Assembly (NCBI GenBank): GCA_965116925.1
Contig: OZ220744.1
Coordinates: 6,302,589 to 6,366,588 of the forward strand
Reading direction: 5' to 3'
DNA: 64,000 bases
Source of the DNA: Candidatus Poribacteria bacterium
GTDB taxonomy: Bacteria > Poribacteria > WGA-4E > PCPOR2b
Shown here: piece after piece, positions 27,380-37,126 of the stretch
Position numbering within the stretch: position 1 is the stretch's first letter
How the letters are laid out: each line of letters starts with the position of its first letter
Made by a program: the position numbers and the translations under genes
The notes under the pieces: model-generated
The model's input: the letters and a program-made list of their open reading frames with translations, nothing else
Told to the model about the DNA's origin: nothing
Database searches by the model: none

Positions 27380-29302
27380 CTAACGGTAGAACGAATACAC
27401 CTCAATCCCCCAAAAGACACGAATCAGCACCCAACCGCCACCGACGATATACTCCCCGAACAACAGTCCCAAGAAAAAGGGCAACGTCTTCCGATAGAGC
27501 CGAATCCCACCGACCTTCAACACAGTCGCTTTGACCGCCCAACTGATAAATACAGAAAACCATACCCAGCCGAAGGTCCACGGACTGCTAGCAATCGCGT
27601 AACCAGCGGGGTGGAAGGGCCAAAGTGGAAATCGCATACGAATCGCCCAGAGGAATCCCGTAAAGAGGAATCCCACCCCCATAAAAAGCACCGCGGGCAC
27701 ATTGGTCTCCGTTGGATTATAGAGCCAGCTTTTCATGTTGGCATACGCCCCATGTCCGAGACCTACGTTGATATTATCACCACCGCTTCCGTAAGCGAGC
27801 GTCAGGTACGCCCAGAACGTGGTCAGGATACCCGCAACCACCGCCAGAACCATCACGCCAATTAAGCGACGGGGTGCCATCTGCGTCGCATCCGCCACCT
27901 TGAACCCTTCCAGTATGTGCGGCATTGGGTGGGCGCGATAGCCGCGATTGAACGTATAATAGAACCCCATCATGACCAAGCTTGGCGGTGGAATCCGACG
28001 CGTCCCAATTGCATCCGTGATGAAAAGGCGGGGGTTGACAAGGAACATCTCATTCGTTGGTGGACCCACCTCTGCGCGGATGCGTCCCACAGCAATTGCC
28101 AAAAGGTAATAGGTCAAAAAGTAAAGCCCCGCCATCCAGAGTGCCATCCCGCCGTGGTACGAAAATACCAGTAGGAAGATTACCCCACCCGTCAATCCCA
28201 ATACCGCCCACCGATACTTCATCGGTTCGTTCTCCTCGCCCGGCTGGTCACGTAAAAGGTTCTTGAAAACTGAAATAAAGTAACGGCGGCCGCCATAGAG
28301 CGCGAAACAGGCGATGGCGAAAAAAGCGCCGATGCTTTGGGGACCCTCATACGGGAAGCCCGGAAAACTGGCAAGCCCCAACGCACGTCCCAGGACGCGC
28401 TCCGCTTTCCAAAAGAGAAAGAAGAACCATAGCGAAAAGGACATCTCCAGCGGCATCAGAAACCCCAGTCCTAGTCCGAAGGGCAGTATGTAGAGCGGTG
28501 TCCACCCCATCGCATTCCACGGCTTCTCGGTAAAGAACTGGCCTATCTCCGCTTGACGCACAGGGATCTCCGGGAACGCAGGGAACAGGACGTGCAAGCC
28601 GTTCATCAGATCAATGCCACCTGCGACGGCAAATCCGAGCCACATCATCTTGGATCTGAAGAGCGAGCCATCGGCACGGGTCATCTCCAACGGCAACTGA
28701 ACGATCGGATACGCCAACCGCTCGCGGGTGATCCACTGCCGCCGCAGGATAGCGTCCATGCAGATCATCACCCAGATCAGGACGGCTAAAAGCACCGTCC
28801 ACCATAGGATCGGTTGTAACCACGGTCGGAGATGCGCTTCTGTGTAGGGCGTACTTTGACCCTCATAGAAATCGAGCAGGCTCAACGGATCTCTCACCGT
28901 CAACCAAGCGGGCAGGTATCTCCAAAACAGCGTCTTCCACTCATTTTCGGGGGTAGCGAACCAGAAACCGTGCGAAAGGGTTGGAACGACGGTTTGCATG
29001 ACATCATGCCCCGCAATTGCCGAAGAGAGTGAGAGCATCATGTAGATCGTCATCAACTCCCCCTGTTGCAGCACAAAACGTGGCAGGAAACGCTTTAGCA
29101 GCGCGTTTACGATGATTAACACGGTGAGGCTGATAACCACGTTGTAGATTAGCGACATCGTCGTCGCCAGTGTGCCGATATACTTGACCTCGTTTGTGAT
29201 AATAAAATAGGTATTCACCGGCATCAGTGCCAACGCAAGTATCACAGCGCGAAACGTTAATCCAGTGTGTGGGGGTTGATTGCCAATCGGTTGTTCAGTC
29301 AT
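27380..29302 (-). CDS. Polytopic membrane protein, DUF6785/DUF6784-like (possible oligopeptide-transporter superfamily)
   Basis: 640 aa, many TM helices, motifs LRRQW..RERLAYPIVQLP, WPFHPAGY and GGIRLYRK..PFFLGL. Confidence 0.65.
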   Translation of the reverse strand: MTEQPIGNQPPHTGLTFRAVILALALMPVNTYFIITNEVKYIGTLATTMSLIYNVVISLTVLIIVNALLKRFLPRFVLQQGELMTIYMMLSLSSAIAGHDVMQTVVPTLSHGFWFATPENEWKTLFWRYLPAWLTVRDPLSLLDFYEGQSTPYTEAHLRPWLQPILWWTVLLAVLIWVMICMDAILRRQWITRERLAYPIVQLPLEMTRADGSLFRSKMMWLGFAVAGGIDLMNGLHVLFPAFPEIPVRQAEIGQFFTEKPWNAMGWTPLYILPFGLGLGFLMPLEMSFSLWFFFLFWKAERVLGRALGLASFPGFPYEGPQSIGAFFAIACFALYGGRRYFISVFKNLLRDQPGEENEPMKYRWAVLGLTGGVIFLLVFSYHGGMALWMAGLYFLTYYLLAIAVGRIRAEVGPPTNEMFLVNPRLFITDAIGTRRIPPPSLVMMGFYYTFNRGYRAHPMPHILEGFKVADATQMAPRRLIGVMVLAVVAGILTTFWAYLTLAYGSGGDNINVGLGHGAYANMKSWLYNPTETNVPAVLFMGVGFLFTGFLWAIRMRFPLWPFHPAGYAIASSPWTFGWVWFSVFISWAVKATVLKVGGIRLYRKTLPFFLGLLFGEYIVGGGWVLIRVFWGIEVYSFYR

Positions 29303-29569
29303 AGCGAAAGCTCATTCTCTTTTTGTATTTCGGTCATCCGTCTTGCCTCATCTTACGCATAATGCGCTGTGGTTTGTAGCGTGCTACATAGTTTCCCCTA
29401 GTAAAGAACGTAGATCTGCATTCCCTAAAGTTATCGTTCCAAAGGGATTCTAATGGGCACGTGTCGTCTTTCAACGTCTCCGAGTTGGGAATTGGGGAGG
29501 GTAGGGGAGGATTGCGTTCACGGGAAGTGATACGTGAGGGGAGATTCGACAGGATTAGCACAGCGATGA

Positions 29570-30355
29570 TTATGCCAATGCCTTCAAGCAGTTGTCGCCA
29601 AGCGGTTGTAACGGCGTGAAATCCCGGTTGTTGTGATACCAATCACGCTCTGTACCGGTGCAAGCATTGCTAACAGCATTATAGTTCAAATACATGATCG
29701 CCCGCCGCCAAGGGGAGACGTTGTTGGATGAGCCGTGCACGACATTGCAATGGCAAAAGCAGATCGATCCTGCGGGTCCTATTAACGCTTCGATACCACG
29801 CTCGTCAGCCAATCGCTCTAGGGTGGTGCGATCAATATGGTGCAAAGCATAGCCCTTCGCGTCCTTGTGGGGTTTTGAATCGAGAAGACCATGCGTATGT
29901 GAACCTGGCACGACCAGTAACGGCGACGTGACCGCTGTGCAATCGTCTATAAACACGGATGCCATAATACACTTCGGTTCCGTCATCCCGTCGATGCGAT
30001 GCCACGGTGGAAAATCCTGATGCCAATCCCACGACGCACCGCCCCCAAAGCCCTGTTTGGGGTTGAGGCGACTCTGATGGAGATATACATCGTCATCCAA
30101 CAGTTGACGCACTGGGTTCAACAAGCGTGGAAGCAGCGGAAGATACCGGAACGGTTCGGAATAGACATGCGCCCCAAATGCCAGTCTGACGGAGTCCGGA
30201 TTATCTTTCTCAGGTATCACCTCCGGACCCCGACGGTTGAGGATCCCCGGCATCGCCCGCTGCAGGACTGCCACCTCAGCTTCCTCCAGTAGACGTGGGA
30301 AAAATAGGTAGCCTTGTTGGTTAAAGCGTGCGATTTGGGTGTCACTGAGTGTCAT
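29570..30355 (-). CDS. Phytanoyl-CoA dioxygenase (PhyH) family Fe(II)/2-oxoglutarate dioxygenase, ectoine/proline hydroxylase-like
   Basis: WDWHQD, LLVVPGSH, VVHGSSNNVSPWRR. Confidence 0.85.
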   Translation of the reverse strand: MTLSDTQIARFNQQGYLFFPRLLEEAEVAVLQRAMPGILNRRGPEVIPEKDNPDSVRLAFGAHVYSEPFRYLPLLPRLLNPVRQLLDDDVYLHQSRLNPKQGFGGGASWDWHQDFPPWHRIDGMTEPKCIMASVFIDDCTAVTSPLLVVPGSHTHGLLDSKPHKDAKGYALHHIDRTTLERLADERGIEALIGPAGSICFCHCNVVHGSSNNVSPWRRAIMYLNYNAVSNACTGTERDWYHNNRDFTPLQPLGDNCLKALA

Positions 30356-30442
30356 GGTATCTATTCCGTATACCGAGAATTACTAGTATCCCCACCTTAC
30401 AAAGGGAGAGACAGAGGAAGTTCAATCCTCTGTCTCCTGTTT

Positions 30443-31519
30443 TCATCGTTGGCTTTTTAGCGTGCCCCATATCGTCGCTAACTTTCCCCGTGGATCGACC
30501 GAGAACTTCTCAGGGAAGGGCCAACCGGGCGGTTGGTAGGCCTCATTTTCCCTCTCATTTCCACCGGCACCGCCGTTCCAACCGCCAATCGCATAAATCT
30601 TCCCATCTGCCACAGCGATTCCAAAACTTCCCCTTGGGGTAGGCATAGCGTCCATACGGCGGTATTTATTCTCTTCTGGCGAGTATTCCCAGACATCTTC
30701 GTAAAATACAAGATCCGGATCATTTGGTCCGCCCTTAAGTCCGCCTTTGCCCTTAAATTTCTCACCGCCCATGACATAAATTTTCCCGCTATTGACGAAG
30801 GCGGCGCCAAAATTATGGACGGGTCTCTGTATCTTAGCTTTGGGAGTCCATGTCTCTGTTTTGGTATCGTATTCGTCCACGTCTGTGGTGGACTCCTTAT
30901 GGGTGAAATCGGTCGCGCCACCAAAGATGTAAATCTTTCCGGGCGGCACAGCGGCACCGGCTGCCCCCCATCTCGGATTCGGCATGTCCTTTTTCTGTTC
31001 CCAAGTATCGGTCACGGGGTTGTATACCTCAATCGCTGGAGACGGAAAAAAGACATCGGTTGCGCCCCCAATAGTATAAATCTTGCCACTCAATACAACA
31101 GTAACGGGCGCGATTCTCGGCGTTGGCATATCCGCTTTCCTAGACCATGTGTCAGTCTTCGGGTCATACATTTCCACTTCCGCCAGAGGCGCGATTCCGT
31201 CACGGGTTCCGCCGATGACATAGACCTTCCCGTTGACAGAGACAGCAGCGTGTCGTACCCGACCTGTTGGTATCGGTTTCTTTTCGACCCAGCTATCCTT
31301 CTCTGTGTCGTATTCTTCGTTTTTGTGTATCTGGGGGGTATCATCTTGTCCGCCGATGGCATAAACCTTGGTGCCGACGGCGGCGATTTCGAGTCCCCAT
31401 CTATGCGTTGGCAACGGCTTCAATTTCTTCCAGCCCGCAACGCTGTCTGGAGCGACGCAAAGGCTCAACAGCCCACACAGGGTCAGCCCTGCTAACAGTT
31501 GATAGCTTATCCGCTTCAT
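30443..31519 (-). CDS. Secreted Kelch-repeat beta-propeller, copy 5
   Basis: Signal peptide, six KIYxIGG...EYDP..DTW...MPTPR repeats, tail FSVDPRGKLATIWGTLK. Confidence 0.9.
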   Translation of the reverse strand: MKRISYQLLAGLTLCGLLSLCVAPDSVAGWKKLKPLPTHRWGLEIAAVGTKVYAIGGQDDTPQIHKNEEYDTEKDSWVEKKPIPTGRVRHAAVSVNGKVYVIGGTRDGIAPLAEVEMYDPKTDTWSRKADMPTPRIAPVTVVLSGKIYTIGGATDVFFPSPAIEVYNPVTDTWEQKKDMPNPRWGAAGAAVPPGKIYIFGGATDFTHKESTTDVDEYDTKTETWTPKAKIQRPVHNFGAAFVNSGKIYVMGGEKFKGKGGLKGGPNDPDLVFYEDVWEYSPEENKYRRMDAMPTPRGSFGIAVADGKIYAIGGWNGGAGGNERENEAYQPPGWPFPEKFSVDPRGKLATIWGTLKSQR

Positions 31520-31630
31520 CGTGTATGCCTCCTTTATCAGTTTTAGTTAGGTTGCTTTCAAACAGCCTTCCACCTTCTTTTGGTGCAGTTTTCCCGGTTA
31601 AATGGTGTTGTATATTACAAAACAGATTCA

Positions 31631-32704
31631 CTATTGACGACTTTTGAGCTCTCCCCATATCGTCGCTAGCTTATCTTGAGGTTCGACCGAAAACTTATCA
31701 GGGAAGGGCCAACCGGGTGGCTGATAGACATGCGTGCCATTTTCGTCACCCGCACCGCCCGACCAACCGGCAGCGACATAAATCTTGCCCTCCGCAACCG
31801 CATGTCCATAACTGGACTTCGCCTTCGGCATACGTGCCCCCATACGGTTCCAGTCGTCTTTCTCTGGCGAATATTCCCAGACATCGTCATAGAAGGTCCA
31901 ATCCGGGTCGTTAACGCCTCCATCAACGCCCCCTTTGCCCTTCCATTTCTGACCGCCCATGACATAAATTTTACCGCTATTGACAAAGCCAGCGGAGAAA
32001 TTATGCAACGGTCGCTGTAGTTTTTTCTTGGGCGTCCATGTCTCCGTTCTGGTGTCATATTCATCCACGTCTATGGTTGATTCCTCGTGGGTGAAATCGG
32101 TCGCGCCACCAAAGATATAAATTTTCCCCTTGGCTGCAATGCCGGCAGCGGCTGCCCCCCATCTCGGATTCGGCATATCCGCCTTCTTCTCCCAAGTGTC
32201 CGTCGTGGGGTTATATACCTCGATCGCCGGGGACGGGAAGAAGAGGTCACTCGCACCACCGATGACGTAAATATTCGAACTCATTGCGACCACCATCGGC
32301 GCAATTCTTGGGGTCGGCATATCCGCCTTGTTGTTCCAAACGTCATTTTTGGGGTCGTATTCTTGGACGCTACCCAAAGCGGCTATCCCATCGAAGGTTC
32401 CCCCAAAGACATAAATCTTCCCCCTGAAAGTGACCGCAGCGTGCCGAACCCGACCTTGCGGTATCTCCTTTCTCTCTTCCCATTTACCCTTTGCTATGTC
32501 GAATCCTTCTACTTTTGAAATCTTGGGGCTATCATCCTGCCCAGCGATGGCGTAAACCGTGTCACCCACCGCGGCAGCGGCTAAACCCCATCGACCCGTT
32601 GGGATAGGTTCCAACTCTCTCCAAGCTCCAAAGCCTGCCGCCGAAAAGCCGAACAAGCCACATAACAGCAATCCCACTAACATCTGATATCTTGCCCGTT
32701 TCAT
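31631..32704 (-). CDS. Secreted Kelch-repeat beta-propeller, copy 4
   Basis: Same architecture; tail FSVEPQDKLATIWGELK. Confidence 0.9.
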   Translation of the reverse strand: MKRARYQMLVGLLLCGLFGFSAAGFGAWRELEPIPTGRWGLAAAAVGDTVYAIAGQDDSPKISKVEGFDIAKGKWEERKEIPQGRVRHAAVTFRGKIYVFGGTFDGIAALGSVQEYDPKNDVWNNKADMPTPRIAPMVVAMSSNIYVIGGASDLFFPSPAIEVYNPTTDTWEKKADMPNPRWGAAAAGIAAKGKIYIFGGATDFTHEESTIDVDEYDTRTETWTPKKKLQRPLHNFSAGFVNSGKIYVMGGQKWKGKGGVDGGVNDPDWTFYDDVWEYSPEKDDWNRMGARMPKAKSSYGHAVAEGKIYVAAGWSGGAGDENGTHVYQPPGWPFPDKFSVEPQDKLATIWGELKSRQ

Positions 32705-32796
32705 GGTACAGACCTCCTGTCAAAGATTTAGTGTAGTTCCCCTCCAGAGAACTCTCCGCTTTCCGAGCTGAGTGCTAGTTGGCTCCAAAATATTCA

Positions 32797-33885
32797 CTAC
32801 CGACGGCGTTTAATATCGCCCCATTTCGTCGCTATCTTGTCTTTGGGTGTGACCGAAAACGCTTTCGGGAAGGGCCAGCCATCCGGCGTGTAGACTTCTG
32901 TCTCTCTCCGGGGCCCACCGCCTCCGTGCCCGCCGACCGCATAAATCTTCCCATCAAGCACAGCAGTTGCCAATGTTGCCCGTCCGGTTGGCATCTGATC
33001 CTTTAGCCTCGACCACCTGTTCTTCTCTAAATCGTATTCAAAGACGGTCCAATGCAGGATCCACCCTTCAATCGGCTGACCATCTCTTTCATTGCCGTTA
33101 AAGGTCCTTCCTCCAATAGCGTAAGCCTTTCCACTGTTAACAAAACTCACCGACATATCGTAATAGTCGAGTGGCATCTTGGCTTTAGGGGTCCAAGTGT
33201 CCGTCTTCGGATCGTATTCCTCGGTCAGGTCGGTATACTTCTGATGGGTGTTATCCACGGCACCGCCACAGATGTAAATCTTCCCCTTCGCAGCAAAAAC
33301 CCCCGCCCCCCATCTCGGATTCGGCATATCCGCTTTCTTCTCCCATGAGTCGTTTACAGGGTCGTAAACCTCAACCGCAGCAGACGGGAAAAAGAAAGAG
33401 TCCGCACCGCCGATGACATAAATCTTACCCCCTACCACCGCAGCAAGCGTCGACATCCTCGGGGTGGGCATATCGGTTTTTGCTGTCCACGTGTCAGTCT
33501 TGGGATCATATTCATCGGTCAGCCCAACCGCTTGGAAATTATCCTCCGTCCCCCCAAACGCGTAAATCTTCCCCCTGACGATGGCACTACTTACCCGAAA
33601 TCTGCCTCGCTGCCATTTCTGTTTTACGTCCCATACGTCCTTTACGGGATCATATTCGCCCACAAATCTGCCCGGCGGTTTCAGGTCATCCTGTCCACCA
33701 AAGCCGTAAAGTTTCCCATTAAACGGTTGGACACCTAGCCCCCAGATACCTACAGCCCGGTCACCGAGTTGTGGTAGATTGACTTTCTTCTCCCATTCTC
33801 CTGCGAAACTGACCGCTGAAAAGCCGAGCAGCCCGCACACTATCAAGCCTGTTAAAATGCTATATTTGATACGGTATTTCATCAT
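32797..33885 (-). CDS. Secreted Kelch-repeat beta-propeller, copy 3
   Basis: Same architecture; tail FSVTPKDKIATKWGDIK; start placed at MMKY after gggag. Confidence 0.9.
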   Translation of the reverse strand: MMKYRIKYSILTGLIVCGLLGFSAVSFAGEWEKKVNLPQLGDRAVGIWGLGVQPFNGKLYGFGGQDDLKPPGRFVGEYDPVKDVWDVKQKWQRGRFRVSSAIVRGKIYAFGGTEDNFQAVGLTDEYDPKTDTWTAKTDMPTPRMSTLAAVVGGKIYVIGGADSFFFPSAAVEVYDPVNDSWEKKADMPNPRWGAGVFAAKGKIYICGGAVDNTHQKYTDLTEEYDPKTDTWTPKAKMPLDYYDMSVSFVNSGKAYAIGGRTFNGNERDGQPIEGWILHWTVFEYDLEKNRWSRLKDQMPTGRATLATAVLDGKIYAVGGHGGGGPRRETEVYTPDGWPFPKAFSVTPKDKIATKWGDIKRRR

Positions 33886-33902
33886 AAACAACTCCCAGCT
33901 TT

Positions 33903-34982
33903 TTATTGACTGTGCTTAATTTTTCCCCATTGCGTTGCTAGTTTATCTTGAGGGGAGACCGAGAAGGCTTTTGGAAAGGGCCAACCGTCCGCGGTATAGA
34001 CCTGTGTTATCCCAGCGATACCAACGTGCCCGGCGATGGCATAAATCTTCCCGTTCAGAACGGTTGATGCTAAACTCGCCCGCCCGGTTGGCATCTGATC
34101 CTTTAACCTTGACCATTTGTTCTTTTCTACATCGTATTCAAAAACCGTCCAATGATAGCGCCACCCGTCAGATAGGCGTCCATCTCTGTCGTTCCCGCCA
34201 AATGTTCTACCCCCGATGGCATAAGCCTTGCCACTGTTGACGAAGCTGACCGCCATATCGTAATAGGCGACTGGCATGTCTGCTTTCTTCGTCCAAGTGT
34301 CTGTCTTCGTATCATATTCCTCGGTCAGGTCGGTATACTTTTGATGGGTCTGATCCACGGCACCGCCACAAATGTAAATCTTACCCCTCGCAGCAAAAGC
34401 ACCTGACCCCCACCTCGGGTTTGGCATATCCGCCTTCTTTTCCCAAGTATCGGTTATGGGATCATAGACCTCGACAGCGGCTGACGGAAAGTAGAAGGAT
34501 TCCGCCCCGCCGATGACATAAATCTTTCCGCCCACCACAGCGGTTGCTGCCATCATCCTGGGGGTCGGCATATCGGCTTTAGGAGTCCATGTGTCGGTCT
34601 TGGGATCGTACTCGTCCAAGAACGGGACCGCCTGAAAATTATCCTCCGTTCCACCAACGGCATAGATTTTCCCCCTTATCAAGGCACTGCCTAGCCGAAA
34701 TCTGCCCCTTTGCCATTTCTTGATTCGGGTCCATACGTCTTTCTCTGGGTCGTAGACATGCACCAGTTTGCCCGCAGGCTGCAGATCATCTTGTCCACCA
34801 AAGGCATAAATCTTCCCATTGACCGCCTCTGCGCCCAACCACCAAGCACCGCCTGAAATGGCGCCCATTTTTGGTATCGCAGCTTTCTCTTCCCATTTTC
34901 CCGCAAAGCCTACTGTTGAAAAACCGAGCAGCCCACACATTACTAATCCCGTTAAGAGATAACGTGGTATCCGATACTTCAT
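33903..34982 (-). CDS. Secreted Kelch-repeat beta-propeller, copy 2
   Basis: Same architecture; tail FSVSPQDKLATQWGKIK; start MKYRIP after RBS ggagg. Confidence 0.9.
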   Translation of the reverse strand: MKYRIPRYLLTGLVMCGLLGFSTVGFAGKWEEKAAIPKMGAISGGAWWLGAEAVNGKIYAFGGQDDLQPAGKLVHVYDPEKDVWTRIKKWQRGRFRLGSALIRGKIYAVGGTEDNFQAVPFLDEYDPKTDTWTPKADMPTPRMMAATAVVGGKIYVIGGAESFYFPSAAVEVYDPITDTWEKKADMPNPRWGSGAFAARGKIYICGGAVDQTHQKYTDLTEEYDTKTDTWTKKADMPVAYYDMAVSFVNSGKAYAIGGRTFGGNDRDGRLSDGWRYHWTVFEYDVEKNKWSRLKDQMPTGRASLASTVLNGKIYAIAGHVGIAGITQVYTADGWPFPKAFSVSPQDKLATQWGKIKHSQ

Positions 34983-35002
34983 AATGCACACCTCCATCTT
35001 TT

Positions 35003-36085
35003 TTATGGTTTCTGCTTAATCTCGCCCCACTGCGTCGCCAGCTTGCCCTGAGGATCAACCGAAAAGACATTAGGAAAGGGCCAGCCATCGGGGGTGTATA
35101 CCTCTACCTCCCTGCGCGGTCCGTTGTGATGCCCGCCAATGGCATAAATCTTTCCGTCCACAACAGCTGTCGCTAAGGTGCCCCTACCGGTTGGCATCTG
35201 ATCGTTCAATCGTTGCCACCTGTTCTTTTCGACATCATATTCTAAGACTGTCCAGTGAAGGACCCAGCCTTGAAATTTAGGACCATCTTTTTCTCTCCCA
35301 TCGAAGGTCTTCCCGCCAATGATATACGTCTTCCCACTGTTGACAAAACTAGCTGCCATGTCGAAAAACGCAATTGGCATATCGGCTTTCTTCGTCCAAG
35401 TATCTGTCTTTGGATCGTACTCCTCGGTCAGGTCGGTATACTTCTGATGGGTGTTATCCACGGCACCGCCAAAGATGTAGATCTTACTCTTGATTGTCAC
35501 CGCCGGCATTCCCCATCTCGGATTTGGCATGTCCGCTTTCTTTTCCCATGAATCTGATACGGGGTCATAGACTTCAACTGCAGCGGAAGGAAAAAAGAAA
35601 GATTCCGCACCGCCAATGGTATAAATCTTCCCGCCTACCACAGCGATGGCGAATCCCATTCTTGGGGTCGGCATCGGTGCTTTAGCGGTCCATGTGTCCG
35701 TTTTGGGATCATACTCATCGACGTTGGGAAGGGTTTCAAAGTTATTCGCTGTTCCACCAAAGGCATAAATCTTACCCCGTACTGTGGCGGTGCCGAGCCG
35801 AAATCTCCCCTGTGGCAATTTCTTCTTTTCTATCCAGTCCTCCTTTAGGGGATCATATTCCTTCACAACTTTACCCGGATCTTCCAAGTCATCTTGGCCC
35901 CCAATGGTATAAATTTTGCCATTCACCACTTCGGTGCCTAACCCCCATAACCCGCCAGAGAGGGCACCGATTTTCGGCATATCCGCTCTCTCTTCCCACT
36001 CTCCCGCAAAGCTGATTGTCGAGAAACCGAACATCCCACACGCTATCAAGCCCGCTAGGAGGTAACCTAGTTGCCAATGTTTCAT
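35003..36085 (-). CDS. Secreted Kelch-repeat beta-propeller, copy 1
   Basis: Same architecture; tail FSVDPQGKLATQWGEIK; start MKHW after ggag. Confidence 0.9.
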   Translation of the reverse strand: MKHWQLGYLLAGLIACGMFGFSTISFAGEWEERADMPKIGALSGGLWGLGTEVVNGKIYTIGGQDDLEDPGKVVKEYDPLKEDWIEKKKLPQGRFRLGTATVRGKIYAFGGTANNFETLPNVDEYDPKTDTWTAKAPMPTPRMGFAIAVVGGKIYTIGGAESFFFPSAAVEVYDPVSDSWEKKADMPNPRWGMPAVTIKSKIYIFGGAVDNTHQKYTDLTEEYDPKTDTWTKKADMPIAFFDMAASFVNSGKTYIIGGKTFDGREKDGPKFQGWVLHWTVLEYDVEKNRWQRLNDQMPTGRGTLATAVVDGKIYAIGGHHNGPRREVEVYTPDGWPFPNVFSVDPQGKLATQWGEIKQKP

Positions 36086-36277
36086 GATGTATATCTCCAT
36101 CCGCTTTTGCTGTTTCCGTTAACTTCTCCCCACCTCGTCGCAAGCTTGCCTTGGGAAGATATAGCAAATTTCTCAGGAACTCGTCAACACGTTACCACCA
36201 CTGCGTGGAGCGGAGCAACCGCCTATCTAACCCTCGATCGCAGTATTCCTCCGTGTTTTGCCAAAAAGAACAGAATC

Positions 36278-36306
36278 ATTCTATCAAACATTACTGCCTT
36301 TGTCAA
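36278..36306 (-). promoter_or_regulatory. sigma70 promoter for the Kelch cluster
   Basis: Minus strand TTGACA-17 bp-TAGAAT with TG extended -10; leader of about 185 nt. Confidence 0.7.
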
Positions 36307-36457
36307 GTTAAAATCTCCCTTGAGAAGGTTCGTCTAGATTGCTGAATTTCTTTGGATTTCAACCGTTCAAAGAGATTGATTTATTACGCAATTTATGCTA
36401 AACTAAGTTCACAATCGGGCAATATCCACATCACAAGATAGAGGATGGATCTTATCC

Positions 36458-37084
36458 ATGTTTGAAGCAAAGTTGAGATCAAAGATCAGTACAATACTCT
36501 CGCCCCTTGCGAAGGTAATCGTATCGCTCGGCATCACTGCGAATATGGTCACGATGTTCGGTTTGCTGGTTAATTTGGTGGCTGCCTTCTGCCTGGCGAC
36601 TGATCGGTTAGTAGCAGCGGGGTTGTTGATTTTATTCGGGGCGAGTTTCGATATGATAGATGGTGCCGTTGCGCGTGCGAGAACATCGACCAACTCTTCG
36701 GGAGCACTGCTAGACTCTGTGATTGACCGGTATTCAGAAGCAGTGATATTCCTTGGTGCCCTTATCTATTTTCATCATCTACAGAATTTTTTTGGAGTGG
36801 TATTGGTTTTCGCAGCGGTGATTGGGTCGATACTTGTCAGCTATGTGCGTGCCAAAGCGGAGGGACTTCAAATTGAATGCAAGGTTGGACTGATGCAACG
36901 GCCCGAAAGGATTATATTACTGGCGTTAGGCGTTCTGGTGCAAGGTCTTATTCCAGATCAGTATGCATTTTTGCAGTCAAAGGGGATTATTCTCTTCGGT
37001 GTGTTCGCGATTCTTGCTGTGACCGCGCATATCACCGCTATCCACCGACTCATCTTCTCTTTTTCCAAACTGAGCAATCATTGA
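36458..37084 (+). CDS. CDP-alcohol phosphatidyltransferase (phosphatidylinositol-phosphate synthase-like)
   Basis: DMIDGAVAR...GALLDSVIDRYSE and SYVRAKAE. Confidence 0.9.
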   Translation: MFEAKLRSKISTILSPLAKVIVSLGITANMVTMFGLLVNLVAAFCLATDRLVAAGLLILFGASFDMIDGAVARARTSTNSSGALLDSVIDRYSEAVIFLGALIYFHHLQNFFGVVLVFAAVIGSILVSYVRAKAEGLQIECKVGLMQRPERIILLALGVLVQGLIPDQYAFLQSKGIILFGVFAILAVTAHITAIHRLIFSFSKLSNH

Positions 37085-37126
37085 GTTAATAGGAATCACC
37101 TGCGATTGTTGTTAAACTTACACTAC

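Noticed and set aside
30533-31495. 320-aa antisense ORF over Kelch copy 5, and similar shadow ORFs elsewhere
   Set aside because: Antisense shadows of real genes with no recognisable motifs
32705-32796. Possible glycine-riboswitch-like GGAGAG motif between Kelch genes
   Set aside because: The region is too short and lacks the other conserved elements
30443-36100. Diversity-generating retroelement acting on the Kelch paralogs
   Set aside because: No reverse transcriptase and no TR/VR pair with adenine-specific differences is visible
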